Part shown: positions 20,729 to 30,307 of the stretch, in pieces | How the letters are laid out: the number at the start of each line of letters is the position of its first letter | How positions within the stretch are numbered: the first letter of the stretch is position 1 | From: an uncultured Candidatus Cloacimonadota bacterium | Lineage (GTDB): Bacteria > Cloacimonadota > Cloacimonadia > Cloacimonadales > CAYQPF01 | Length of the DNA stretch: 64,000 bases | Assembly (NCBI GenBank): GCA_964419225.1 | Contig: CAYQPF010000010.1 | Coordinates: 4,134-68,133 of the forward strand | Direction: 5' to 3' | Notes under the pieces: generated by a model | Databases searched by the model: none | Told to the model about the DNA's origin: nothing | What the model saw: only the letters and a program-made list of their open reading frames with translations | Position numbers and translations under genes: made by a program

Positions 20729-21175
20729 ATGAAAATCAACACCAGATGTTTCGGAGAAGTTGAAGTCAATCCTTCAACAGTTATCACCTTCACAAACGGC
20801 ATACTAGGATTTCCTAACAGTAAGAATTACATTCTTATTGATCACAATGAGAAATCACCGCTCAAGTGGCTTCAATCGGTAGATGAACCACAATTAGCTT
20901 TTGTTGTTACGAATCCCAATCTTTTCAAGGAAGATTATATCATCAACATCTTCAAGAAAGATTTAGAGGATCTGAATGTAGAGAACACAGGCAGTGTAAT
21001 CCATTTGGTCATTGTTACAGTTCCCAGAGATCCAAGCAAGATGACAGCCAATCTCAGAGCTCCCATCCTGATCAATACTGAGAACAATCTGGCCAAGCAA
21101 TTCATTATTGATGATATTGATTATGAAATCAAGTTTGGTTTGATCCCTGAAGAAAGAGTTGCAAAAGTAATCTAA
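20729..21175 (+). CDS. fliW: Flagellar assembly factor FliW
   Basis: ITFTNGILGFPNSKNYILIDHNEKSPLKWLQSVDEPQLAFVVTNPNLF...ANLRAPILIN. Confidence 0.93.
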   Translation: MKINTRCFGEVEVNPSTVITFTNGILGFPNSKNYILIDHNEKSPLKWLQSVDEPQLAFVVTNPNLFKEDYIINIFKKDLEDLNVENTGSVIHLVIVTVPRDPSKMTANLRAPILINTENNLAKQFIIDDIDYEIKFGLIPEERVAKVI

Positions 21176-21761
21176 TGTAGCAGGCAGTAAAAGCATAACC
21201 AAAGAAGGGATTCTTACCATGTCCAGGGATGGATAGGTTATGGTTTTTGGGAGGATGAGTATAAGAAATAAATATAGTATTTGAATTTTTAAGAAGCAGT
21301 GGAAAAAGAGACTCATTTAGAGAATTATTTAACAAAGATAGACAGGATATACAGGATTAGAAAAGTAATAATGTAGAAAGGTATATATAAGTTTTGAGAT
21401 ACCGTTGGCATTAATTCAGGAATTTAAGACTAAGCAGGAGAAGGAAACTCATCCTCTGATCCTTCCCTTAAAAGGGAAGGACGCACTGAATCCATATATT
21501 ATTCGAGAGATTGGGCAGCTTGCCCAATTAAAGTGTCGAGTGCTAGTAGGAGAAGATAAAGTTTAAGTTACTAAGACTTAAACTGATAGGGAACGAGAAT
21601 TATTATACAACTAAGGTTAAAGTCGGATCAATAAAAACAATCATATTATTAATGAAACGTTTTTAAGCAATAATAGTTTATTATATTGACAGGTAAAATT
21701 ATTCTGGAAAGCTATGTTTAAGAGTGAATCTTGAATAATTACGATTAATGATGGAGGTAGT

Positions 21762-23954
21762 ATGAGAAAATATGTATATTGGTCATGTTGGGTGTTTTTA
21801 TTGCTTATTGTTTCCTGTACACAAAGAAATCCATTAGCAGTAGAAGACTCAAATTTAATTATTGGACAATGTAATGGAAGCAAAATTGAGATTCCTGGTG
21901 ATTCTACAGAATATTTATTTCGGCAGGAATTCAGTTGGGATACGAGAAATTTAAATAATCCTAAATTTGCTATCAGGTTTACAACGACAAATGCTGATTT
22001 ACCGGAAGGGGTTTTTACTGATGCGGAAGGCTGGGTTTACCATTATCAGGCTGGTGCTGACACTTCGGTACCATTATCCTCCCCGGATTGTGAAAGAACG
22101 ATCTGGACAACTCAAAAATATTATCAGACTTTTATAAAATCACATCAGCAAAACATTGCTTATTTTATTAATAAAATAGAAATCAAATGTCTTGATAGAA
22201 ATAATAAGGCATATAATGCAGAAAAAGTATTTAACACAGAAAGAATCATACAAACGAAGATATTATCACCGAATGTTCCGAATGGTGCAGAATGCGGTGA
22301 TGGAATCAGAGTAAAGGTTCAAGAAGTTACCGGAGACATTTTCATGGATGGTTTGTATGCAGATCATTTCATGGTGAGGGTTAATATTGTTGATACACTG
22401 GGGACTATGATTCAGGAAGGTGAATGGGTTAATACTAATACTTTTGAGAATATGCGGGATTTTGTATTGAATCAGAACACTACTCCCCACCTTACAGTAA
22501 ACACAAATCCAGCACACAGGAATCAGATTCAGGTATATTGTGTCACACATTCAGGAGTGCAGGAAGGAACACCTCAATCAACAATTATCAATGTAAAAGA
22601 TACTTATTATCCTGTAGCTTGTATTTATCCTTTGATTACAACAGGTCTTGGAGATAATCATTTTACATATGATATTCCACAAGTTTCCAATTTTAATTTT
22701 TTAGAGGAATACCATTCGGACGGATATCATTTCGCACAGCCTTTATTTATCAAATACAGCAATGAAGAATTTTCTTTCGAAGCCATTGGGAGTAATAATT
22801 TTAGAATTGATCTTAATTGGGGATTTAATGGAGAATTTACTTCGAATTACCCAGTTCAAAAACCAAGAAATGAATTACTTAATAGTAATGCTTACTATTA
22901 TTATTCGGAAGTACGGTACTATTATCTGCAACTTGACTTGGAAGCCAATTTTCTCCCGGCATTGGCAAATCATATTGTGACATTACCTGGCGAAGGCAAT
23001 TGGATTAAACTTCCGGCTAATCATCCACAAGCTAAAAGAATAGTAATGAGCAATCTTTATACTGGTGAGCATATTTTCAAGATTAAGGTAGAGGATTTAT
23101 CCGGGAAAATCTCACAGGAACCAGCAGAATACAAATTCAAAATAGTGGAACCAATACCATTTTCAGAAAAACAAGGCATCTTGATTGTGGATGATGAGCA
23201 GGCTCAAATGAATATCTCTCCTGATCTTCTGATTGACAATTTCTACACTCAAGCACTACAAAACATCAGTATGTCGAAAACTGTCATCGATCTGGACAGT
23301 CTTTCTAATGTGTTTGGTTACAACTCTCCATATTTTGATGACGGTGAAATCATTTCTTCTTGTGAATTGCAGAAATATAAATATATTATTTGGCACTCTG
23401 ATAATCCAACATTTAATAATACTTACAGATTTAACAAAAGTAATGATGCTATAAATTTAGCACTAAAGAATGGTACTACTTTTATATTAAGCAGCGGGGC
23501 AGTTTTTAAGAAGATCTCTGATGAAGAAAGGTATACCCGGAATATGTTTACTAAATACTTTGGCATTTCACCCAACAAGAATGACGTACTTGCAGTAAGT
23601 TCAAACCAAAATAATTATCCTTATATGGTTGGAGCAATGGGTTTGGCTAATCTTCCGACATTGAATCTTAATCTTAGTGAAACCCAATTTTGTCCAATTG
23701 TCAGAACAAGACAAGGATTAAGCTGGGTAACATACTTTCTCAACAGCACAGCCACACCAATCTATTCTTTTATCTGTAAACCTGTCGGCACCGGTACTTA
23801 TGATCCGACCCAGGCACAATATGACTTGTACAATGGAAAAACAATTGGTTTGAAGAAAGTTACAGGTAATACTACTGCTTACTTGTTGGGATTCCCGCTT
23901 TCTTACATGAATTTGAGCGAAGTAACAGCCTTTTTTAACCAGGTAATCAATTAG
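21762..23954 (+). CDS. Large predicted lipoprotein, function unknown
   Basis: Lipobox-like LLLIVSC at aa 17-23. GGAGG RBS. 730 aa with no family recognised. Confidence 0.7.
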   Translation: MRKYVYWSCWVFLLLIVSCTQRNPLAVEDSNLIIGQCNGSKIEIPGDSTEYLFRQEFSWDTRNLNNPKFAIRFTTTNADLPEGVFTDAEGWVYHYQAGADTSVPLSSPDCERTIWTTQKYYQTFIKSHQQNIAYFINKIEIKCLDRNNKAYNAEKVFNTERIIQTKILSPNVPNGAECGDGIRVKVQEVTGDIFMDGLYADHFMVRVNIVDTLGTMIQEGEWVNTNTFENMRDFVLNQNTTPHLTVNTNPAHRNQIQVYCVTHSGVQEGTPQSTIINVKDTYYPVACIYPLITTGLGDNHFTYDIPQVSNFNFLEEYHSDGYHFAQPLFIKYSNEEFSFEAIGSNNFRIDLNWGFNGEFTSNYPVQKPRNELLNSNAYYYYSEVRYYYLQLDLEANFLPALANHIVTLPGEGNWIKLPANHPQAKRIVMSNLYTGEHIFKIKVEDLSGKISQEPAEYKFKIVEPIPFSEKQGILIVDDEQAQMNISPDLLIDNFYTQALQNISMSKTVIDLDSLSNVFGYNSPYFDDGEIISSCELQKYKYIIWHSDNPTFNNTYRFNKSNDAINLALKNGTTFILSSGAVFKKISDEERYTRNMFTKYFGISPNKNDVLAVSSNQNNYPYMVGAMGLANLPTLNLNLSETQFCPIVRTRQGLSWVTYFLNSTATPIYSFICKPVGTGTYDPTQAQYDLYNGKTIGLKKVTGNTTAYLLGFPLSYMNLSEVTAFFNQVIN

Positions 23955-23962
23955 GGGGAATA

Positions 23963-25960
23963 ATGAAGAAAATAATATTAATAGCATTGTGCATAATTAC
24001 AATTAGTTTAATTTTCGGAAAATCAATCATAGATACTGACTCGAGAACACTGATAAATAATTCTCTTATGGAATCTGGTAACTATAATTTAAATTTCACT
24101 AATTTTGGATGTATGGGAGAATTTAGTAACATGGACTACGGTTTAGAATATCCCAGGGGATCAGGAGTCAATTATCTTTATCAAAGTGCTTTTTGGGTAG
24201 CTGGTAAAAAGTATCGGAGAAACTCAGAGGGAATCAAGCTTTATTGGAAAAATTGGCCACCCGTAGCACAAAACGATTACTGTGTTCAGGGAGATGAATA
24301 TTACAATAGTCATACTGGATTACAAGCTGTTATAGACACACTGACAACAGTCGGTTTTGATGGAGATGCAGATCTTTTCGAGATGTTGCCAGCTTATAAT
24401 ACTGTTGAAAGCAATCTTATTCCCAATTATGCAATTTATAATACTCAGGATAATGTTTTAACCAGTATTTTGGGTTATCCACATCCCAGGGACTTCAGTG
24501 TAATCGATCCGCAAAATACCTGGTGTTTTACTCAACCTGTTTATGAAAATGCAGATTATCCTGGCTTTGAAACTAAATCATCTTTTTCTTATGATTATAG
24601 TCCTTTCAACAATGTCTTGGAGAGAGACTATGGTTCTAGTTGCACTATGAATACTCATATTCCCCTGGGCATTGCGATAGTTCAACAAGCATTCACGTGG
24701 CCAGTACAAAACTATGCTAATATGTGTTTTATTAAAACAAGACTATACAATTCCAGTACAATAGACACATTGTTTGATCTTGCTCTAAGTAATTATGTGG
24801 ATGCAGATTGTGGAAGCAATTCAGGCGATGACAAGAGTGGTTACGATAGAACAGAAGGGCATGAGTTTGCTTTTAGCTATGATTCTGATAGTGATAATGG
24901 AGTTACACCCGGATATATTGGTTCAAAAGTATTCTATAATCAGGATAATGCTCAGAGGAGTTGCTGGTATTGGAAAATTGGAAATGGACCTCATGATAAC
25001 AATCCATTATCGCTTACACCCTCACCCAGAAAAACGGCAAATGAAAAATACTGGTTAATGACGAGTAGAAATCCTGATGAAACAAAATTTACGAAGTTAA
25101 GAAAAACCCCAACAGAAAACCCAAATCCAATTTTTAATCAACCTGATGCTGTTGATACCAGATTTCTCAACTCCTTCTGTGGTGCTCAACCCGGAACACC
25201 GGACTATAACAATCCCAATCTGAGATGGAATCTTGCTCCCGGGCAGTTTGTAGATTTCTATACCGTTATCTTCCTGGGAAACAGTCTGGAAGAATTGCAG
25301 GAACTTAGTGTAATGGCTACAGATTTGTATAACAGCAATTTCAATCCTGCAGCTTTTACCGGACTGCCAAGTCTTCCCTATCTTTACAATCTGCAATCTA
25401 CCAACGATACTTCTATCAAAGTTAAATGGTATAATTACAATCAACCTGAGGAAACCAGAGTCTATTGGAAAGAAGCTGAAGCTCCTGCGAGTACTTGGCA
25501 ATACACAGTTGCAGCACCTCAGGATACAACGATGACTCTGTCAAACCTGACCTACGATCAAGCGTATAAAGTTAAAATTGTCGGAATAACAAATCTCAAT
25601 GGTACCGAACCTGTATATTTGGAATCATCCACGAAGGTAAAAATTGCTGGTGAAATAGCTAATGAGGATGATATTTCTGACACACCTGAAATCGTTTTAA
25701 GTAATTATCCTAATCCTTTTAATCCTGAAACAACAATATCCTTCAATATTCCTAAGGATGGCAAAGTTGAACTGGCAATATTCAATATCAAAGGGCAGAA
25801 AATAAAGACTCTGGTCAATGAGAGTAAGCCAAGAGGGAGTCACACTGTGACATGGAATGGGAAGAGCAGCAACAACAAAAGCGCTTCATCCGGGGTTTAT
25901 TTCTATAAATTAACATCTAATGGAAAAACCCAAATGAAGAAGATGTTGCTGATGAAGTAA
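23963..25960 (+). CDS. Secreted protein with an FN3 domain and a T9SS-type C-terminal sorting domain
   Basis: Signal peptide. C-terminal NYPNPFNPETTISFNIPKDGKVELAIFNIKGQKIKTLV...SGVYFYKLTSNGKTQMKKMLLMK. Confidence 0.8.
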   Translation: MKKIILIALCIITISLIFGKSIIDTDSRTLINNSLMESGNYNLNFTNFGCMGEFSNMDYGLEYPRGSGVNYLYQSAFWVAGKKYRRNSEGIKLYWKNWPPVAQNDYCVQGDEYYNSHTGLQAVIDTLTTVGFDGDADLFEMLPAYNTVESNLIPNYAIYNTQDNVLTSILGYPHPRDFSVIDPQNTWCFTQPVYENADYPGFETKSSFSYDYSPFNNVLERDYGSSCTMNTHIPLGIAIVQQAFTWPVQNYANMCFIKTRLYNSSTIDTLFDLALSNYVDADCGSNSGDDKSGYDRTEGHEFAFSYDSDSDNGVTPGYIGSKVFYNQDNAQRSCWYWKIGNGPHDNNPLSLTPSPRKTANEKYWLMTSRNPDETKFTKLRKTPTENPNPIFNQPDAVDTRFLNSFCGAQPGTPDYNNPNLRWNLAPGQFVDFYTVIFLGNSLEELQELSVMATDLYNSNFNPAAFTGLPSLPYLYNLQSTNDTSIKVKWYNYNQPEETRVYWKEAEAPASTWQYTVAAPQDTTMTLSNLTYDQAYKVKIVGITNLNGTEPVYLESSTKVKIAGEIANEDDISDTPEIVLSNYPNPFNPETTISFNIPKDGKVELAIFNIKGQKIKTLVNESKPRGSHTVTWNGKSSNNKSASSGVYFYKLTSNGKTQMKKMLLMK

Positions 25961-26012
25961 CGAGTGACGTGTGACGAGTGACGAGTGACGTGTGAAGAGT
26001 GATGAGTATAGT

Positions 26013-26045
26013 GGGGTGCAAGAGATTGCACCCTTTTCATTTTGA
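26013..26045 (+). terminator. Rho-independent terminator
   Basis: GGGTGCAagagaTTGCACCC followed by CTTTTCATTTT. Confidence 0.6.
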
Positions 26046-26260
26046 CAATACAACATATTTTTTTATCATACTAACGGGTTGGTATTAGCAAAGTAGCACA
26101 GACTAACACTGACAATATAGTTGTTAGTTGTTAGTAATGGGGAGAGAAAGAATTGCCACAAAAAGGCACAAGAAACACAAAAAGAGATATTATCGACAGC
26201 ATTAATAACACAAATTGCAAAAGAGAAAGACAAAATTCTACATTCAACTAAAAACAATAC

Positions 26261-26289
26261 TTGACATTAATCTTAGGCATTAGTATAAA
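26261..26289 (+). promoter_or_regulatory. Sigma-70-type promoter for the ABC transporter operon
   Basis: TTGACA (26261-26266), 17-nt spacer, TATAAA (26284-26289). 32 nt upstream of the start codon. Confidence 0.6.
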
Positions 26290-26320
26290 TTGTTTAAATT
26301 AAAAAATCGGGAGGTTCAGG

Positions 26321-27088
26321 ATGAGATTAGTACACAAAATCTTAGTCTTAGGGGTAATATTTGTAATTTTAATGAGTATGTTCAGTTGCAAAGGGAAGAC
26401 TCAGGAGAAATTAATTATTGGAACATCAGCAGAGTATCCGCCTTTTGAGTACAAAGAGGGTGGCAAATTTGTCGGCTTTGATATTGAAATAGCTCAGGCA
26501 ATAGCAGACAAATTAGGTTTAACTCTGGAAGTTGTGGACATGTCCTTTGATTCTTTGGTTCCTTCCTTAACAGCGAACAAGATTGATGTGGCTATTGCAG
26601 CTATGACGATCAATGCAGACAGAGAGAAAGTTGTAAAATTCTCTGTACCTTACTATATGACCAATCAGGCACTTCTGGCACCTAAAGACACCAAACTGGT
26701 AATTACCAGTGCAGAAGATATAACCAAATATAAAGTTGGTGTTCAGAATGGAACAACAGGTCAAACCTGGATCGATGAAAATTTAATAACACCCGGAAAA
26801 ATGAAGAAAGATGCTCTGAAAAAGTATGATACAAATATTGAAGCAGTTACAGATTTAATTAATGGTAACATTGATCTGGTTATAATTGATGATGTTGTAG
26901 CTAAAGGTTATGAAAAAGCAAAGAATGTAAAATCAATATTCTTGATTGAAACTAATGAATCTTATGGAATCGCTTTCCCTAAAGATTCACCTAAGTATGA
27001 GAAGATCAACAAAGCTCTTCAGGAAGTTATGGCTTCACCGAAGTGGCAGGAATTACTCGACAAATACATAATTGGAAAAATCCAGTAG
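26321..27088 (+). CDS. Polar amino-acid ABC transporter substrate-binding lipoprotein (SBP family 3)
   Basis: Lipobox MSMFSC. IGTSAEYPPFEY...GFDIEIAQAIADKLG...AIAAMTIN. Confidence 0.9.
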   Translation: MRLVHKILVLGVIFVILMSMFSCKGKTQEKLIIGTSAEYPPFEYKEGGKFVGFDIEIAQAIADKLGLTLEVVDMSFDSLVPSLTANKIDVAIAAMTINADREKVVKFSVPYYMTNQALLAPKDTKLVITSAEDITKYKVGVQNGTTGQTWIDENLITPGKMKKDALKKYDTNIEAVTDLINGNIDLVIIDDVVAKGYEKAKNVKSIFLIETNESYGIAFPKDSPKYEKINKALQEVMASPKWQELLDKYIIGKIQ

Positions 27089-27102
27089 TAAAAATTTAAT
27101 AT

Positions 27103-27127
27103 ATGGGCAGGCGTTTCGTCTGCCCAT
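27103..27127 (+). promoter_or_regulatory. Intra-operon stem-loop between the binding-protein and permease genes
   Basis: ATGGGCAG / CTGCCCAT 8-bp stem with a 9-nt loop and no strong T-run. Confidence 0.45.
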
Positions 27128-27157
27128 AATTGTTTGAACAGCTAAAGGGAAAATAAT

Positions 27158-27859
27158 ATGATAGATATATCACAGATTTTATTTAATATTCTGGAAGCAA
27201 GTAAAGTAATTCTGACGAATTCACCCTATCTACTCAAAGGGATCCTTGTTGCTGTGGAAATCACAGTGTTATCGATGGCATTAGGGTTGGTCTTAGGAAT
27301 ATTTATAGCTTTCACCAAGATCTATGGATCCAAGACGATGAAGAGGGTTGTCGGGTTCTACGAATGGATAATGCGGGGTCTGCCGATTCTGGTACTGCTA
27401 TTCATTATCTATTTTGGGTTACCGACATTAGGAATTCAGTGTGATCCCTTCTTATCCATTGTTTTAGCCTTGGGATTGGCTTCTTCAGCATATCAGGCAC
27501 AGATCTACCGCGGAGCAATCCTTTCGATAGGTTCTGAACAGATGGAAGCCGGATTGACGCTGGGACTGAACAAATTTCAAACTTTGTTCTACATTATCCT
27601 GCCTCAGGCAGTCCGCTTATCCTTACCAGGTTTTACCAACGAATTTACAATTGTTCTGAAAGATTCTCCGCTGGCATATGCAGTGGGAATTGCAGAAATA
27701 CTCAAAAACGGGCATGATATCATTTTACAGACTTATCGTCCTTTCGAGATTTACTTTGCCTGTTCTATTATATATTTTTGTTTATTTCAACTGTTTTATT
27801 TTATTTTTACCCAAATAGCTAAACGCTATGAAGTCCCCGGGTACATCTTGGAAGTTTAA
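27158..27859 (+). CDS. Amino-acid ABC transporter permease
   Basis: His/Glu/Gln/Arg/opine-family features: SSAYQAQIYRGAILSI..GQMEAGLTLGL..FQTLFYIILPQA. Confidence 0.9.
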   Translation: MIDISQILFNILEASKVILTNSPYLLKGILVAVEITVLSMALGLVLGIFIAFTKIYGSKTMKRVVGFYEWIMRGLPILVLLFIIYFGLPTLGIQCDPFLSIVLALGLASSAYQAQIYRGAILSIGSEQMEAGLTLGLNKFQTLFYIILPQAVRLSLPGFTNEFTIVLKDSPLAYAVGIAEILKNGHDIILQTYRPFEIYFACSIIYFCLFQLFYFIFTQIAKRYEVPGYILEV

Positions 27860-27869
27860 GGAGAAGAAT

Positions 27870-28631
27870 ATGGAGCAACCTTTATTAAGAGTCGAGAATG
27901 TAAAAAAAGCATTTGGAAAGAACACTGTATTAGATGGTGTTTCTTTTACGATGAACAAAGCAGATGTGAAAGTAATAATTGGTTCTTCCGGGACAGGAAA
28001 ATCAACATTACTGCGTTGTATAAATTTATTAGCACCCCCTGATGCGGGAAAGATCTTTTTAGCAGATGTGGAAGTTACGGCTATGAAAAGGAATATACAG
28101 TCAATCCGTCAGAAGATCGGGATGGTTTTTCAGCATTTTGCCTTATTCAATCATTTAACAGCTTTGGACAATGTGGCGATGGGTTTATTGAAGGTCAAGA
28201 AGCTGCCTAAAGCACAAGCATATGAGAAGGCAATTTTCGAGTTATCGAGAGTAGGATTGGAAGGACATAAAGAGAAGTATCCGGCTCAACTTTCCGGCGG
28301 ACAAAAGCAAAGAGTAGGGATTGCCAGAGCTCTGGCCATGGATCCGTTGATCATGCTTTTTGATGAACCGACCTCGGCACTTGATCCTGAGTTGATCGGC
28401 GAAGTGCTGGGTGTGATGAAACAGTTGGCTAAAGACGGGATGACCATGATCTGTGTAACGCATGAGATGGGTTTTGCCAGATCTGTAGCATCAGAGATCA
28501 TCTTTATGGAAGGAGGAAAGATCATTGAGCAAGCCTCTCCACAGGAAATGTTCAGCAATGCCCAACATCCCCGTACTAAAGCCTTCCTTGGTAAGATATC
28601 CGAACTTTACGGTGAGCATCAAGGTCAATAA
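27870..28631 (+). CDS. Amino-acid ABC transporter ATP-binding protein
   Basis: Walker A GSSGTGKST, signature LSGGQKQRV, Walker B MLFDEPTSALD. Start moved to the ATG at 27870, behind AAGGAG. Confidence 0.93.
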   Translation: MEQPLLRVENVKKAFGKNTVLDGVSFTMNKADVKVIIGSSGTGKSTLLRCINLLAPPDAGKIFLADVEVTAMKRNIQSIRQKIGMVFQHFALFNHLTALDNVAMGLLKVKKLPKAQAYEKAIFELSRVGLEGHKEKYPAQLSGGQKQRVGIARALAMDPLIMLFDEPTSALDPELIGEVLGVMKQLAKDGMTMICVTHEMGFARSVASEIIFMEGGKIIEQASPQEMFSNAQHPRTKAFLGKISELYGEHQGQ

Positions 28632-28648
28632 AGGCAAGGAGCCAGGTT

Positions 28649-29323
28649 ATGGATTTTTTTATTCAATTACAAAGTTACCTGCCTTATTTAGGTAAAGGTC
28701 TTTTATTAACAATAGAGTTAACTCTGATCTCAGGGATATTGGGATTTTTTGCTGCTATACCATTGGTTGTGGCTGTGCTTTATGGAAATCCCTTCTTCAA
28801 GACCTTATGCAAGGGGATAATCACTCTTGTCCGGGGTACACCACTGCTGGTACAGCTTTTCTTTATTTATTTCGGATTGCCGGTGATCGGGATCAAACTC
28901 AGTCCTTTTTTGGCAGCAGTTATCGGATTTGTCCTGAATTCCGCAGCGTATCAGGCCGAGTATATGAAGGGCGGTTTTCTGGCAATTCCCAGAGAGCAGA
29001 TGGAAGCCGGATATTCGATGGGTTTGAGTAAGTGGCAGGTCATCAGACTTGTTATTTTTCCGCAAGCTTTCCGCTTTTCAATCCCCTCTTTATCCAATGA
29101 ATTAGTGTATCTGGTTAAATACACTTCGGTCGCCTATATTATTCAAGTGCCGGAGCTCTTTGCCCAGGCCAAGTTCTTTGCCTCAGACACTTATTACTTC
29201 CTGCAAATCTTCAGTTTGATCGGAGTTGTTTATTTGTTTTTGGTTTATGCAATTACCAAGCTGACTGACTGGCTGGAGAAGAAATTGTATATACCGGGGT
29301 TTGAAGTAGCACATCTTAAATAG
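28649..29323 (+). CDS. Amino-acid ABC transporter permease (second)
   Basis: NSAAYQAEYMKGGFLAIPREQMEAGYSMGLSKWQVIRLVIFPQA. Confidence 0.9.
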   Translation: MDFFIQLQSYLPYLGKGLLLTIELTLISGILGFFAAIPLVVAVLYGNPFFKTLCKGIITLVRGTPLLVQLFFIYFGLPVIGIKLSPFLAAVIGFVLNSAAYQAEYMKGGFLAIPREQMEAGYSMGLSKWQVIRLVIFPQAFRFSIPSLSNELVYLVKYTSVAYIIQVPELFAQAKFFASDTYYFLQIFSLIGVVYLFLVYAITKLTDWLEKKLYIPGFEVAHLK

Positions 29324-29494
29324 GTGTCAGGTGTCAGGTGTCAGTGGGAGAAGGGAAGGAAAGATATAGTTGTTTATTGTTAGTTGAGAGTTGGGAGATA
29401 TTTTATTGACTAAATTGGTTAAAAATTAGATTGATTCTATAGATAAATCTTGGGGCAGATGATGAGTCTGCTCCTTTTATAAATGGAGGTATTA

Positions 29495-29701
29495 ATGAAA
29501 ACCATATTCACATTTAAAGATGAGCATTTAGGGAGTTACTATGTAGTAATTCCCAAAATTAGAGAGATCAGCAAGGGATTGGGAAGTGTAGTGATCACAT
29601 ATGATAATGGTGACAAGCGCAACATAGAGTCTAATGAAACCGAAAAGCTTATGCTGGAACTTGTCAAAGCTATCGAAGAATATTATAGTTACAAATTATA
29701 G
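29495..29701 (+). CDS. Small hypothetical protein
   Basis: GGAGG 6 nt before the ATG at 29495. 68 aa with no family recognised. Confidence 0.45.
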   Translation: MKTIFTFKDEHLGSYYVVIPKIREISKGLGSVVITYDNGDKRNIESNETEKLMLELVKAIEEYYSYKL

Positions 29702-29719
29702 TTATAAATAGAGAGAAAG

Positions 29720-30307
29720 ATGAAAGCACATTTAAAGAATTCATATCTGGAGAGTTTAAAACTGCTTCAGGATTTTGTTTCAAAGGAAAAGAATATAGAG
29801 ATCACAGAACAAATTTCAAAAGATTTGGCTTCCTGTTTTTCAACAGGCGGGAAAGCCTTGATTGCCGGAAACGGTGGCAGTACCTGTGATTCCATGCACT
29901 TTGCCGAAGAGTTTACAGGGCGTTACCGAAAGAACCGCAGACCTTTGCCGGCGATATCCTTATCCGATGCCTCCCATATCACCTGTGTAGCCAACGATTT
30001 CGGCTTCGATGAAATCTTTGCCAGAGGAGTGGAAGCCTTTGGTAAGCCCGGAGACTTTTTTCTGGCCATATCGACCAGTGGAAATTCGCCCAATATTATC
30101 AAAGCTGTAAAAAAGGCACAGGAACTTGGCTTGAAAACTGTGGGACTTTTGGGTAAAGACGGCGGTGTTTTGAAGGGAGTCTGCGATTATGAGTTTATAA
30201 TCCCGGCAGTAACTTCTGACAGGATTCAAGAAATCCACATGACCATTTTGCATATCATTATTGAAGGGGTGGAAAGAATAATCTTCCCGGAAAACTATGA
30301 AGAGTAA
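29720..30307 (+). CDS. gmhA: D-sedoheptulose-7-phosphate isomerase (SIS domain)
   Basis: GNGGSTCDSMHFAEEFTGRYRKNRRPLPAISL...ISTSGNSPNI...DRIQEIHMTILHI is collinear with enterobacterial GmhA. Confidence 0.9.
   Translation: MKAHLKNSYLESLKLLQDFVSKEKNIEITEQISKDLASCFSTGGKALIAGNGGSTCDSMHFAEEFTGRYRKNRRPLPAISLSDASHITCVANDFGFDEIFARGVEAFGKPGDFFLAISTSGNSPNIIKAVKKAQELGLKTVGLLGKDGGVLKGVCDYEFIIPAVTSDRIQEIHMTILHIIIEGVERIIFPENYEE

Noticed and set aside
25961-26005. Short tandem repeats considered as a possible CRISPR array (also at 29323, 32344, 40240, 41256 and 51845)
   Set aside because: Periods are 7-10 nt with no unique spacers. Arrays are only 20-45 nt long, and no cas genes are present. Not CRISPR.
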